A DNA stretch of 63,623 nucleotides, counting the filler, from Intoshia linei (taxonomy: Eukaryota > Animalia > Orthonectida), in NCBI GenBank assembly GCA_001642005.1. It is 5 parts of 5 records of this genome, joined end to end, with 100 filler letters (N's around TTAATTAATTAA, not from the genome) between each part and the next. Parts side by side here need not be neighbours in the genome. Positions count along the whole stretch, not along the records: positions 28,849 to 47,896 come from LWCA01000765.1; positions 47,997 to 54,614 come from LWCA01001673.1; 3 more parts are not named here. The stretch is one strand, 5' to 3'. A program made the translations under genes and the position numbers. Under the pieces are notes generated by a model. The model was given only the letters and a program-made list of their open reading frames with translations, was not told the DNA's origin and did no database searches. Shown here one piece after another: positions 36,707 through 50,900 of this stretch; position 1 is the first letter of the stretch, and each line of letters starts with the position of its first letter.

Positions 36707-38566
36707 TTAATAATACTGTTACAATTCATTGAAATAAATGTTAATTTTGTATTAAGAGATTGAGTTGAATCTGATTCATTAATATTTTCTTCAAGATAAT
36801 CGTCCTAATTTGTAAAATATAAAATAAATACAATAATAATGTAGGTGACGACAAGACCCTGTCATACACCCTGTAGGGTAGACAACATTTTCGATGAGCT
36901 TCCTAAATTCACCAAAAAAGTATATAATGATAACTGTTAGGTTGTTTCACATAAAATATATTTCTGCTTATTTTTAAATTAGTATTACTCAGAGCCGAAC
37001 CTAACAAAGGTTGAGGCCACTAAAAATGTTAAATACACCTTTAAAACAATTCAAAAACGATGCGTAGTGTCCTATAGCCCTAGTCATCACTCCTCGACTC
37101 TTAATTTCAAATTTTAAATTAACACATAAATATTTATAATATTCAATAATGTAATTTTTAATGCTTAATTTTGATCAATAAGGTAGATGAAGACGTGTTT
37201 CGATACGGTATATTCATCACTTTACTGATTCCAGATTAACTTTAAAATAAATTTTATCAATTAAAAATGATTCAAGCCCGTAATTTATAAAAAAATTCTA
37301 AGTCGCAAGGGATTTTTGTGCTAGATTTGAAATTAGCCATGTAGGTGATTTATTTGACAGATTATTATATCTAAATTTCAATTTTCAAATGCCCAAGATA
37401 TTGCGCTGTTGCAACATGTCGTGCATATAAAATCCTTAAATTTCCATGAAAATTACACAAGCTATATATTTTCGGATTAACATTTCTGCAGCTCCATTGG
37501 TAGGACTTCTCATAACTAAATATTGACATTTTGATTCTTTTTTAAATAATCTTGATATTCCCCCCTATAATATTATAATATTTAAAATGAATATAAAGAC
37601 TAAGATTAAGTAATGGAAATAACCTCTTTATATTTTTCTAAAAGAGCAGAATGTCCTATTGCACCAGAAAATATCAATTTTAAAAGCTGATATTTTGGAT
37701 CTCTATCTTCACCCAAAACTCCCCATCTACTACGCAATTTCGGCTTGAAAACGCAAACACATTCAATGAAAACAATCTTGTGTTCACATATAACCAAATC
37801 ATCGAAAATCTAAACAAATAAGGAATACATTTTAAAATCAAGAAATTAAAAAAGTTTAAAATTAAAAATATGTATATTAAAAGATATAGATAGTATGTCA
37901 TATAATTTGTATATTTAACCCAGGTTAGATGAACATTGTAGGCCCTTATATACAAATTAAAAAAAATTCACCTAAATGTATATCTTGTTAAATTTAGAAA
38001 TTGTAAATTTTTGTTTGAGCGTTACCCTTTTGAAATAAAAAATTCTACACAGGCTACATATATAGCCATTCTCCGTTTACCAACTTTTAATTTTTTTAAC
38101 AGCTAGAATTTAGAATTTAGTATAGTAATTAGCTTATATTGACATTACAATCAACAATTTTAAAAATCATCGGATTACGTCAATTATAAAGAGGGTTGGA
38201 CACTAATGACCCATTAGTAATGGCCAATCTAAATGTAAATCTGTAAAATTGACATATTCATAATCAAAACTATTTTATAAAATGAAACATATATAAGTAC
38301 AATTGTAATACAATTCTATAACTTTAACTTTCCGTAAGTTATTTAGTTTTTTATTCATATTCAAAAAATCTAGGTTTCATTCTCTGAAAGTGACATCTTA
38401 CCATAATAAAAATAAACCTCTTCATAATTGTCAATGTAAAAATATATGTGAGGAAAACTGATAGTTTCCTCCTCTGATTTTGATCGCATGGACCTCTTGC
38501 TAAACTAATGTAGTAAAAATAGACCTTCGATTAAATGAAAAATTACCTTGGAGTTGGAAAAACCGA
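36707..38566 (-). CDS. KIAA0930: KIAA0930 (C22orf9)-like conserved protein; 5' exons and exact stop unresolved
   Basis: Exons 38566-38547, 38499-38418, 37809-37624 and from 37564 splice in frame to SVFPTPSKRSMRSKSEEETISFPHIYFYIDNYEE|IFDDLVICEHKIVFIECV...LIFSGAIGHSALLEKYKE|GG...YLVMRSPTNGAAEMLI. A distal exon has LNTKLTFISM. This matches recalled VFASPSKH.MDSK....ISYPNIFFMID.FEE, IFQGSIRYEAL, GHAEMAV and LTYVTLP. Confidence 0.8.
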
Positions 38567-41500
38567 CTAAAATGTGAATATTATTAATAATATCCTAATA
38601 CAGTAGTAGTAATAATAATAGAGTACCAAGTGTTTTTTCTTTAAAACATTAACAGTTTTATCATTTCTATTGCAAATGGACTGCGTCAAATAATACTCAA
38701 ACTAAATATGAATATTAATTACAATTTAATTGATGGTTTCTCAACCGGTGTCTTTGGTACCAAAGATATAAGATTTTGAAATTGAAAATAATCATTTGAA
38801 TTTAAAACTTCATTAGAATGTATAATTTTTATAATTCTAGGACTGGTTTGAATTTAAAAACAAAGGACAATTGGGGTTTTTAACCTTGAAGAACTCAATT
38901 TCTGAAATGAAATTTGCGATAAAACAATACTCTCGAAAAAATGTAATAGGAATATGAAATTTTTAAAACTAAAATCCTCTTACTCTCTAAAATAAACTGG
39001 AACAGACAAACAGACTTACAGTGCATATGTTGAACAGTTTTTTATTAATTAAAATTAATTGTCATAACTTTTCAATTCTATTAAAAAAGGTAATGTAAAA
39101 CACGCTTGATAATATATTTATTATTGTCTTATGCTTATGTAATAAATAGTTATACATACAATGTATATTGTAGCAAAAAAATAATTTATGTAAATTTTTA
39201 ATTTTAGTGAAATAATTAACATTTTAGTAAAAAAAAAAATAAATTAATTTTTTATTATAAATATTTTATTATAAATAATATCGGAAAAAAAAATGTTTTC
39301 CATCATGATTGATTAAATTGATATTTTCATTTTGTCGTTGGATTAATAGTTTTTTCTCGGAAGATTTGGTAAAATCGAAATTTTCAAAAAAATAACCAAA
39401 AAATGGGGATTTTAGCTAGGACATGAAATGGTACTTTTTATTAAATATTATTAATGGTGGGATAAAGGTAGGATTTATTAGATAATAATGTACTTTACAA
39501 AATTAAGTTTGGAAAAGACATTAAACCATTTCACTAACTGTGTTTTGCTCACACAATCCATTTAGCTATATGTGATGTACTGTATATTATGGGTGTGAAC
39601 GAATTTTTATATCAAAAGTACACCCTTCCCTATATGAACATTTTGAAAATATTCAATTTTCACTCAATCTTACCTCTCAACTGTTAAAAAAACCATGGGG
39701 CATCGCCTCTAAAATTTTGTTCAATATATCGCTCACAGTAACTAATATATGACAATTTTCTTAAAAATATTATTTTCAAATATAAAAATTTTTATACAAA
39801 TAGCTATAAAGGTGCGCAAAATTATCTTCTAGCGAATCATGAATGCCGCATTGATAATTGTAGTATCCTTATGGATACTATGATCAGAACCTGATTTATT
39901 ATACATTCATTATCAACTTGTCAAAAACTTATAAAAATATTTAAAAGTGTTAATAATACATCTATACCTTACTAAATAGACTCAATTTTCATTACAATAA
40001 TAAAACCGACTCCAATGAGAAAACTAAATAAATATAAAAAAAATATAAATTGAAAATTAATTGTTATGGAAATAATTATTCTATGAAATTAACTATACAA
40101 AATAAATTAAATTTTACTCATTATTCATATTTTGAAGTGCTTTGCCCCAGGGTTTTTTTAATTCTTTGTATATAATTTTTTGATAATTGTGTATCATTCA
40201 ACCCCATTTTCCACGTATGGGGTGGCACTTTTGTATTTTCGCAAAAAAGTGAAAAAATTCACACCCTACTATATATATCAGTGGTTCTTAACCTTTTTTG
40301 GAGAATTGCTCATTTTTCAACAAAAATAAAATTATCGCCCCATAAAGACAATCGATATTTTTTTAATTTACAAAGGTTATGAATGTGCAGTGCATGTTAT
40401 GTAGCAATTTTTTTTAACAGTAGATTTGATATGAAATACAATAAAAAAAGCCATTAATAATTGTTTTTTAGATATCTTAAGAAATATGCAAATGAAATTT
40501 GAGATTATTTTTTTAATTTGATGGATCATGATAATAACATATACAAAAAATACAATAAAAACTAAGTATGTAAAAAAAGAAAAATATATTATAATGAATA
40601 AATGTAACAAATTTGAAATGAGAAATATTAAATGGAATGATGACATCATAAATGTTTAAGCTTTACAATAAAAAAATAAAATTTATTATTAATGGCTACC
40701 CTGATATTGATGACTATTTGATAATTTTTCTATATTAGGATCGATATTTGTTAAGCATAATCTTAAGTCACCCCGTTTTGATAAATGTAGTTTTTTTCTC
40801 TTTTTTGATTGAAGATCAGTTACTACGCTAAAACNGTTCATGAAATAAAACTATAATTTGCATTAAATTATTAAAAATATATGATTAAAATGTCTATTTT
40901 AAGAAAAAAAATTTTTTACGAAGAAAGATCGATGCCCAAAGTTATTTCTGCAAAGTCAAATAAAAATATTATTATTAAAAAAAGTAAAAGTAACCAGCAT
41001 ATATTATTTTAATAAAATGTTTAACAATTGCCTGCAGAGCAAAACATACTAACTCAAGGTCGCCCAAAAACAAAAACTAGACACTAAAAATTTTTAGTTA
41101 GTTAGTTAGTTTATAGCCCAATCCACCTCTCCAAGGTTCATGCTTGACATTTTAAATTTAATATACAAAATAATTATGATATTCAGGAATATAATTTTGT
41201 TAATGCTTAATTTCGAAAAATTTTCCCTTCATTTTCCAAAAATTACGTCGAGGTCTTCGAAGAGGGTTTTCGTTGCAGTAGGTTTACCATTAGTGACATG
41301 CAATTTATTATCTTTTCGGTATTATAGTTAACATGAAAAACTACATATTTTTACTAAATTTTCCTTTAAACTAAATAAATACTACTTTAAATATTATAAA
41401 AAAAATTATGGTCATATTGCCCGTGAAATTTTTATATTATGAAAATTTTCCCTGATCCAAGGTGTAGCTATTTGTAAATACATCGCTAGTATACTATATA

Positions 41501-41570
41501 TTATATTTATACATTATTAAATTTTATAAACAAAATTTTACAATTTATTTATATTTATAATGTTATATTA

Positions 41571-42790
41571 CACTGTCCAACATTGCAAAAAGAAACTTAA
41601 TGTAACATATATTAAAATAATCAGCTAATTTTTGTGATTCTAACGATATACATATGTTTATAATTGAAGATCGAAAACATGTGATATTTTAATTAGTAAT
41701 TTTACTAATCTATTAAATTTTTACCCACAAAAAAACATAATGACATGTTTTACATGTCAAATAAAGTTTTCATTACATCTTTCAATTAATTAAAGCGATG
41801 AGTTAATTTTATAATTGCATTCTCACGAAACATTTAAACAAGATTTAAACTAAGAATTACACTGTATAACACGTATACTACAAACTTACTGCGACCATCA
41901 TAAATTTTTCCTAATCTTAGCGACACTAAATTAAATGCTCACAAATTAGAAAACTATTAAAAGATGTACATTTTCGATCTACCCTTAAACCTGAACAAAA
42001 AGATGCGTTTAATGCTTTGGAAAATGTAATCTTATTTTTTCTTGGAAACAATCGATCTGAAAATTACAAGAATTTAATCGAAGAGTTATTGATAAAATAC
42101 CAAGAAATGAACTGCTTTTATAGCATAAAAATACATTACCTAGAATGTCATTTAGATTTCTTTGCGCTAAACTGCGGTGTGTGGTCAGACGAAAAGAGTG
42201 AATAATTTCATCAAACTGATGTTATATGAAAGACGTTTTGGAAGATGTAGATCATTAAATATGATTTGTGGTTTTGTTTGGTGGTGTTCAATAAAAAATA
42301 AATTTTAAATTCATCTAATTATTATTTTTTTTATTAAATATTTTTAATTGATACTTTCTTATATTATTTATATATTTATGTCTATCACTTACATCATTGA
42401 TATTGAACAAGATTCGTCTAGGGGTAACCCGAAAAAGTTGATTTTACGTGTAATGTAAGTAGTACATCCAGAAAATTTTTATTTTATATTGTTTTTCGAT
42501 GTTACCTTCAAATTAGAGTTAATTAATTAAGGTAATTCAATAATTAATGACAATTTTTTTATACATATGTAGACGTGTATGTCTATCTGTCAATTTTACT
42601 ATTTGTAATATACAATATTAATTGTAAATAGATTTCACGGTGGAGTGTACCTATTTAAAAAACTTTGACCCTTAATTAAATCCAAAGTCGATCTTGAAAT
42701 TAATAAATTTTTTTTAAAAATAGATGTATACTGGTTCACTTACATATAACAGAGGTTTCGGTCAGTTTGTCAAAATTTTGTTAAACAGTG
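41571..42790 (+). mobile_element. Chapaev3-like (CMC) transposon, internally deleted
   Basis: TTA|CACTGTCCAACA ... TGTTAAACAGTG|TTA gives a 3-bp TSD. The remnant FFLGNNRSENYK...YSIKIHYLECHLDFF..NCGVWSDEKSE*FHQ matches FLGN.K..NY...SLKIHFL.SHLDFF..NLG.VSDEHGERFHQ. Confidence 0.82.
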
Positions 42791-43269
42791 TTATATAACT
42801 TGTATATGCAAGATATTTAATAATAAATAATTTAATATTATATAAACATGATATTTGATATTTCAAAATTAATACTAATCAAAGTTTAAAAAATAAGCTT
42901 GGTTCAAGATTATTTAATTGTATTTACGTGAGACAGCTTTGTTTATATATAGTTAATGAAGTATCGATTTTTTAATTCCAAACTTTTATCGTCAACAAAT
43001 AGTGCATAAAGTTAATGTCTCAAATTTTTAGCGAAGCGGGTAATTTTTACTTGTATGATAATTTTCGGTTAATTAGTCAAATACCTTTTTCAAATAAAAA
43101 TGTCTAATAAATTTGTATTATACCATTATTTGATATGCTTGAATTGTCTGAAATTAAAATTTATATTTTCAAATCAATTATTTGACAGATCACTGATTCA
43201 TTATCTTAATTTATAACTAAATTAACCTTTTGTAAATAAAAATTACCAAACCCATTATAACCTTTTTAG

Positions 43270-46200
43270 ATGACATTGATAATGTTTATCAACACAGTGA
43301 AGATGATGATAGCAACCATAGTTCAAATATCACACCTACTTGGAAAATTGAAGAAAGCCTTTTAGATCAAAAAGTTAAAACCCTCAGTCAAAGCGAAACT
43401 GAAGATGAACATGACGTCGACACAGATAATCATGATATCGAAAGTGAAGTTGAAGGTCAAGATCAAAATAAAGAAAAAATTGACTTACGTACGACGAGCA
43501 GCAGATTACATAGTCCTGAAAGCATCAATGACATTAATATGTCGGAAGATGATGTAGTTTTCAAAAGTCAAACTACTACAGAAAATGATAATATAAATGA
43601 AATTTCTGATATCAATCAAGACGAAAATGAAAGTTATGATACGGTATCTGTAACGAAATCTATATCAATAAAAACTGATTCTCAATCTCAAACGGACTCT
43701 AAAAATGATACTGATGTCGATATAGACTCTGAACTAGACTTTATCATATCCAATGAATCCATAGAAAATGAACATGAAAAAAAGCATAAATTTGGTGACC
43801 AAATCAGTGGTGAAAGTATAATTGATTCCGATGAAATTAATGATTCAAATTTAAAATTAAAAGAACATAACACGGAAAATATAGGTAGTATAAGTAATAT
43901 TAGTGGTGAAAATGAGTATGAAAACCAAGAAATTGATTTAAAAATAAATAGATCCAATTTGGATGAAAATGAGGCCATATCTATAAATATTAGTGCATCT
44001 GAAAAAATGGATAATGGCAGCATTGGATTTGAAGAAAATATAGTAATGGGTAATGATGAAAGTCTGAACACAGAAACAAACGGTAATTCAATCCATTCTA
44101 AAAAATTTAGTGAATCAAATCACTCTAATAATGAGTATGACAATAATTACGACGAAAAAGAGAAACAAGATGAAAATTGCGAAAAATTTAATAAAAGTAT
44201 ATCTGTTAGTGTCCATAATGAAGAATTAACAGATACTATTGATAAACTTAATGAAAAGACACCAGAAAAGTTTTTAAGGCGTTCATATACTAGTGTTTCT
44301 CTTAATCAAACAAAATCTGGTAAAAATAGGCCAAAAACTGCTTTTCAAAGAAACAAAATAGGTAAATTACGTATAAATTTTAATTGTAAAATTGTATTAA
44401 TTTTACAGTACTTTTTGATGATTTTTAGTCGTATTTGTAATATTAAGTCATTCACAAAGTAATGTCGTTATTATAACTATAATTAAAACTTCTATAATAA
44501 CAATTTTGATTAACCTTTATTCTACAAAATATTCTCCATTGCATTCAACAATTCTTCTCCAACGTTCCGGTAGCTTCTTAATTCCATTTTGAAAAAAACT
44601 CTGGCTTTTATGTGTCAAATACATATATAATATATTATATTATAATGTAATTGTGACAAAACATTTTTAATTCACATAATTTTTTATTTTTTTTATTTAC
44701 TAATAATAATAATAGTAATAACTTATTACGTGTTAAAAAACATTTTTTTGGATAATATTTGAAAGAATTTAGTGGTGAATACAGTCAGAGCCGTCTTAAG
44801 CCACTTCATGGCCCTGGGCTAAGCAAAGTGTCAGAGGCCCTTTAAAGTTTTGAGCGAAACGATAAAAAAAATTTAGGGCCCTTTTTTAGAATCCCCTTTT
44901 TTAAAAAATAATAAGAGAAAATCAAAGATTTCCTAATTTCTTTTTTGAATATTCACTTATCAGAAAGGTTTTAATGTTTAATATTATCATTTGAAACAGT
45001 TTTTATGTCAATATTATATGATAAATATTGTAGAATATATTTTAAATTGAATATTTACCAAAACTTTGATTCTATAAACTATTTTATTTCTAGCTATTTG
45101 AATTCCCACACTTCAAAACTTATAAACTGTTTCTTAAAATATAAATGTGAAGCATTTTTTAATAAATTGGGTCTCTTTTTAAGATATATAGGTGTGAAGT
45201 ACTTTTATTAATTTGGGACCTTTTTTAATGAGTGGTCCTTGGCTACAGCCCATATTGCCCAGCCTTAAAACGACTCTGAATACAGTCAGATATATTATAT
45301 GTACAGTAAAATAAATATAAATGTATGTCTGCTTGTAACCATTTATTTAAGAAAGTAAGAACAGAGCCGAATCTAACAAACTCAAAAACCCCCGAAAATC
45401 AAAAATATACTCCTAATAAAAATTTCGCAAACAATGCGTAATGTATTAAAATCGATTGCAGAGCTAAACCTATAAGAGCTCGAGGTGACACGAAAATATA
45501 AAATAGACATTAAAAAAATTTTTTCCAAACGAAATGTCGTCATATAGCCCTATACCCCTCTAAAGCTTTTCCTTGATATTTTAAATTTAACATAAAAAAT
45601 AGTTATGATATCAAAAATATTAAATTTTTAATTTTTCTGAAGAAACCAACAATTAGTTCGTGATTTCATAAATTATCAATAATATGATAAATTAGTGTCG
45701 CTTTGTAAAATCAAAAATTATGTGGATTTAGAGCAGTGATTCTTAACTGGTGCGCTATGAGTAGAGTTAAAGAATGAAAAAAATTTCAAAAAAATGAATT
45801 ATATAGATTTTCACCCATATTTCTATATTGGAAATGTGTAGACGTTCACTGCACATTTTTTTTGAAATTGAAGGATCAATATTTACATTTTCAATTTTTA
45901 TTTTAATCAAAATATTTGAAAAATATTGGTTAATAATTATATTATAATATATTAAAAGTTATTTTTCATCGGGAATGCGCAGATTTCTCGGGTTGAACTT
46001 TTGTATTTATATTAACTGGAATAAGCTCTATCAGAATAATTTTTTTTTATTTTCGGACAGTTAACTATTTACTTTTTTTGTTTTACATTTTTATTAATAA
46101 AATATTTCGAAAAAAAAATATATGAATACTAAAATTATTTTTTGAGCGTGAAGGCGTCACTTATTCAGATTGAAATTTTCAGTGTGTGTTAAAAGGATAC

Positions 46201-47479
46201 AACTGTACCACTTGTAAATTTTTTAAAATTCTAGGACTGTTTTAAAAAAAAAGTAATTTGGGGTTTTGGCCCTGAAGATGTATTTTTTTAAATTTTCGAA
46301 CTCGTTTGATTTTCAAAAAAAGGACAATTGGGCTTTTTGATCCGTAAGATGTGAATTTGGAAGGTTGAAATATATTTTGTTAACACCCCTGAAAAACTTT
46401 AATTGAAATGTCAACTTTGTAAAATTCTAAGACTGGTAGTTGTTGAAATAAACGATAACACACACATACAAACAAAGCATATTATATAAGTAAGGATAAG
46501 GTTAATCCAATTTTTATTTATTTAACAGGTGATTCCTGAGGTAAAAAAAGTTAAGAAACAGTGATATAGAGAATGGACATATTAAACCTTTTAATTTAAA
46601 AGTGATTTTTTTTAATTCCAATTCTATTATAATTTTTTTTTTAAAATTAATTTGTAGTTATATGATTTCGGCCGTAAAGATACTTGTTTTAAAGTAGAAA
46701 TTAAAAATGCTATATTTTTTTAAATTCGCAAAAATGATAAAATTTTGATTATTTGCTTCAATATTTTAAAAATTCAGTTCCTAAAGGCGAATCACCCACT
46801 TTAAGAACTGCTGATCATAAATAACCCATAAAGTGAAGGAATACTGGTTTTTTATATTTTTTAAACTTGGGTTCCGTATAATTTTACTTGCGGAATTTAC
46901 TATTTATGGACTTTGACAAAATTTTGTAACATGGGGCTTTATTTTTCTAAATTTAGCATTTAACTAAAATATATTATTGAATATCTTAACCATTTTGTTT
47001 TCAATTTTAACTGTCAGGAAAGGTTTAAAAATAGGTCATAGATTAGTTTCAAACTGTTTTTCAAATACTTAATTACCTATTAAATAGCAAAAAACTCTAA
47101 AGTTGACACAATGAGACAAGAATACACTTCAGCAATGGAAATATCAATGAATAAACTAAAAACAGTACTTGATAATAAAAATATAACTCAAAATAACAAA
47201 CATTTTGATAATGACAATGACAATTTAAATGATAACGGAAACAAAACCGAAACCTTAAATCAAAATGATCAATCAAGCATTAAATATATTTATCAAAATA
47301 AAATAAATACAATTCTTCAAGATATCACGTTAAAAAATTTGGATATTTTTGATTATATTGATTCTGTCACAAATAAAAATTTAATTATTCAAAGAGATAA
47401 TGACAAACTTAGTAAAATTTTAATCGAATGTAGGGAAGCTGTCAAATTAGTCAATTTGTCCAAATTTCAAGATAATGAA
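43270..47479 (+). CDS. Unknown protein with a long acidic low-complexity exon and a downstream coiled-coil-like exon
   Basis: An open frame of about 1.09 kb runs between an acceptor at 43269 and a donor at 44362 and includes ORF 43539-44462. A second phase-compatible exon lies at about 47088-47479. Joining the two is inferred, and both gene ends are unknown. Confidence 0.6.
44786..45278. mobile_element. hAT MITE with an exact 8-bp TSD
   Basis: AATACAGT|CAGAGCCGTCTTAAG ... CTTAAAACGACTCTG|AATACAGT. Confidence 0.9.
45820..46496 (-). mobile_element. Helitron-like dispersed repeat copy
   Basis: Ends ...ATATTATATAAGTAAGGA|T, the reverse of A|TCCTTACTTATATAATAT. The body is the reverse complement of the 19.5 and 53.7 kb copies. 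Confidence 0.65.
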
Positions 47480-47896
47480 GTAAATTTTAATCTTAGTTTT
47501 TTAAATTTATTTTTCTGTCAGTTCTTTAATAATTATATACTACCTTATATCTGCCCATAAAAATAAAATAAGGTTGCCCATTTTTTTGTAAGCCATATTA
47601 ATAGAATATACGCCAAATTAAACACCAGCCGCCAAATTATTGAAAAATAAGCTAAATTTTTTATTATAACGCCAAATTAATAATACACGCCAATAAAAAA
47701 ATAAACGTAATAAAGATCAGAAAAAGGATATTAAAAAATTAAAATGATTACTTATACCCTTTTATATGTATTAAAATTTGTTTGAATGCTGACATGATTT
47801 ATACAAATAACACGTTATTAATAAATACTTTATTAATAACTCTATAAATACTAAAAACTTTATTTAATCACATTTCCATTTTCTTACGTGAATAAT

Positions 47897-47996
47897 NNNN
47901 NNNNNNNNNNNNNNNNNNNNNNNNNNNNNNNNNNNNNNNNTTAATTAATTAANNNNNNNNNNNNNNNNNNNNNNNNNNNNNNNNNNNNNNNNNNNN
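47897..47996. other. Scaffold gap with artificial spacer
   Basis: 44 N + TTAATTAATTAA + 44 N. Confidence 0.98.
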
Positions 47997-50900
47997 AATT
48001 ATATTTTCCATTTTGATAAAACTATTGACCGCATAATTCTTTCACACAGTGAAATTAAACGGATTTACTTGTGGTGATTTATTTGTTTTTTCGGTTATGT
48101 AAAATACAATATATTCCTCATATTCCATCAATATTGTTCGCTCAATGTTAGTTAATTTATGAAACGCATACTGATTTGAATAATTTTAATCATCTGAGTG
48201 GTATTAGTCCGCCAAAAATTATTTTATTTTCTAAAATGTAATTTATTTAATTTTTTTATTTCAGTAAAGAAATTAGCTACTTAAACCACCCATTTTCAAT
48301 TTTTATAATTTGGTGGATCCTAAATAATAAAAAAGTTTGTTATAACTGACCTCATATTTACAAAATTTTTTTTGAAGAAGAATGTAATAAAAATCTTAAC
48401 TGTACAGCGACCAATAAAAATATTTAATATTATTGTTGTTAGAGTCTAACCCATCTCAACTAAAAAAATTATAAATAAAAATTAATGAGAAGGGCGTTAC
48501 GATTAGGGTGACCATCTAATGTAAAATATTTAATCGGTTAAAACGGGCTCATGTGGAATTTAATGGTGGTTTTTGTTAATCTCGTTAATATAATAATACA
48601 GATACTATCAACGTCTACCATGTGACACGGTCATGGAGAGAAAAATAAGAGGCAATATAGCGAATCCTGATCATCAGGAGCTACTATTATACATTAATAG
48701 GTAACTCTGGAAAATTTCTTTATTATATCATTTAAATGTGTTTAAATCATGTGAAAAAATTGAATTATATGATTTTATTGATCAATGATCATCAAGGGTG
48801 GTCGATTTGCTGGTATTAAATACTATTACATTTTATTAATGGTGATTTAAAATGATAAAAAAGGGATTTTTGAAATAATAATTTAGCAATCGTCATGGCT
48901 TTGGTATAATATCCTAACATCTGGCAACTCTGCAATAATGTAATTTACAAAGATAGACTAATTATTTGATTTTTATTGTAATGAAACCAGAAATGCTGGT
49001 AAAATCTTTGATTATTATTGATAATACATTGCAATGTCTAAATAACCTGCAAAAATTGAATCTTTCGCCGTGTCAAAAAGATATAGAATGTTTCATATCA
49101 TAAAAACTGTAAAATTTATTAATGTATTAAGAAAAATTAGGGTCATATTAAAACATTTAATTTTTAATGATAATAAATAAATTTTAACTAATCCAATTCA
49201 CTTAATTAAACAATAAGTTTAACTGGCATAGTTTCCCTTAAAATTTTTTTAAGTAAAATTTCTTTTGTCTGATTTTTCTTGTAGTAATATTATTTAATTA
49301 TTTATAATATTTTTTTAGTAATGCGAATAATGCATGTATTACAGTCTAATATACAGAATAATATATGGCAGTCGTGTTAAACTTGCCGCATGCAGCCCAT
49401 TTCAAAATTTAGTGCGGCCCGTCGCGACTTCTTATATGTATATAGTATATATACTATACTATTAATATTAGTAATATATGATATAATATCTGTATTATTG
49501 AATATTCTAAAATTAATTGTGTATCATCATTATTAGACCTAAACTGCAAAAAAATCACATTTACGGATATCAATGATGCAATTAAAATCATGCTTAGTAA
49601 TTAATGACAATTAACACTTAATTCTAAATTTGTAAAAATTCGTAAAAGTCATGTCAAATTAAAATTATAGTTTTATCATTCGAACGTTTATTTTTTTAAA
49701 TAAACAAAATGGATACAAAACCATACAAAAAAATATTTTTAATTTCCAGGATGGAATTATCACAATATAATGACGACAAAAATANATCATTCGAACATTT
49801 ATTTTTTTAAATAAACAAAATGGATACAAAACCATACAAAAAAATATTTCTAATTTCCAGGATGGAATTATCACAATATAATGACGACAAAAATAACATC
49901 TACTGTAAAACTGAATAAATATATCACTTCTTACTGATATTAACAAGATAGTTTCCAGTGAATTGTTCAAATGAGTGGTTTTGAAACATTTTGACAGTGG
50001 ACGATTTGTAATATAAAAAAATTGCGGTAACTTCATAAGCTAAAATTAAAAAAATTGTTTTGTTGGATCTGTATTAATTCATTATTACTAAATATATAGA
50101 ATTCTTTCTAAAAAACCTTTTGACAGCCCAAAACCATACATTTATTAATATTATTTGTAGGTTTTATTTAAATTTTATATAATTAATTAATGTAGATAAT
50201 TTTATTTATTAATATATATTTTATACTTAAATTTATTAACATTTGTAAACTACAAATTATACTATAATTTATATTTTATTTTTAAAATAAATTTGGTTAA
50301 TTAATTAATTTGATGTATTTTTTATACATTTCAAAGAAATAGTTTTTTATGTAGACCTGAATTAATAGTTGATGTTAATTAAAACCATCAAAAAAATTTT
50401 GTTTTAAAATTTCAATCCCTTTACGAAGCGTGTATTCATTAGTATTATCTATCAATAATCTTGTTCCAATAAGTATAAATAAAATAATTTGCACATGATT
50501 AAACAATAAATAAAAAAGTACACGCAAGATATAAATTTAGCTAATGAAATGATGAAAATATAATTGAAATGATTCATGTTTACAATCTATAAAGATAAAT
50601 TACATCATGTTGTTATCAAAATTGCTGAATGAATGATATTATCATGTTTGATTTATAAAATATAATTTACAACTGGATAAATTTCCTGATGAGTTCAAAA
50701 ACCTTGAATATGAAATGTAGATAAAAGATATTTTTAGAATGCGACAAAATAAACAAGTATTTATAACATTTGAAAATGAAAAAATAGCGACAAGTGATAC
50801 CTAATCGAAGTGCTCCTTGAACGGTTATTGTACTGTGAATTGTAGATTGTTAATTTAAATGTTGAAATTACTGTTTAAATGTTTGGAAACACTATAATAA

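Noticed and set aside
37370-37564. PTNGAAEMLIR resembling a retroviral integrase NG.AER motif
   Set aside because: It splices in frame as a KIAA0930-like exon matching GHAEMAV.
43688-44071. Antisense ORFs (also 14488-14685, 20789-20995, 29696-29902, 31709-31948, 58898-59131)
   Set aside because: Shadows of real or probable coding exons on the opposite strand.
49675-49893. About 110-bp near-perfect tandem duplication, and ORF 49665-50036 with a repeated peptide
   Set aside because: The copies are separated by a single N, typical of unmerged overlapping contig or haplotype ends.
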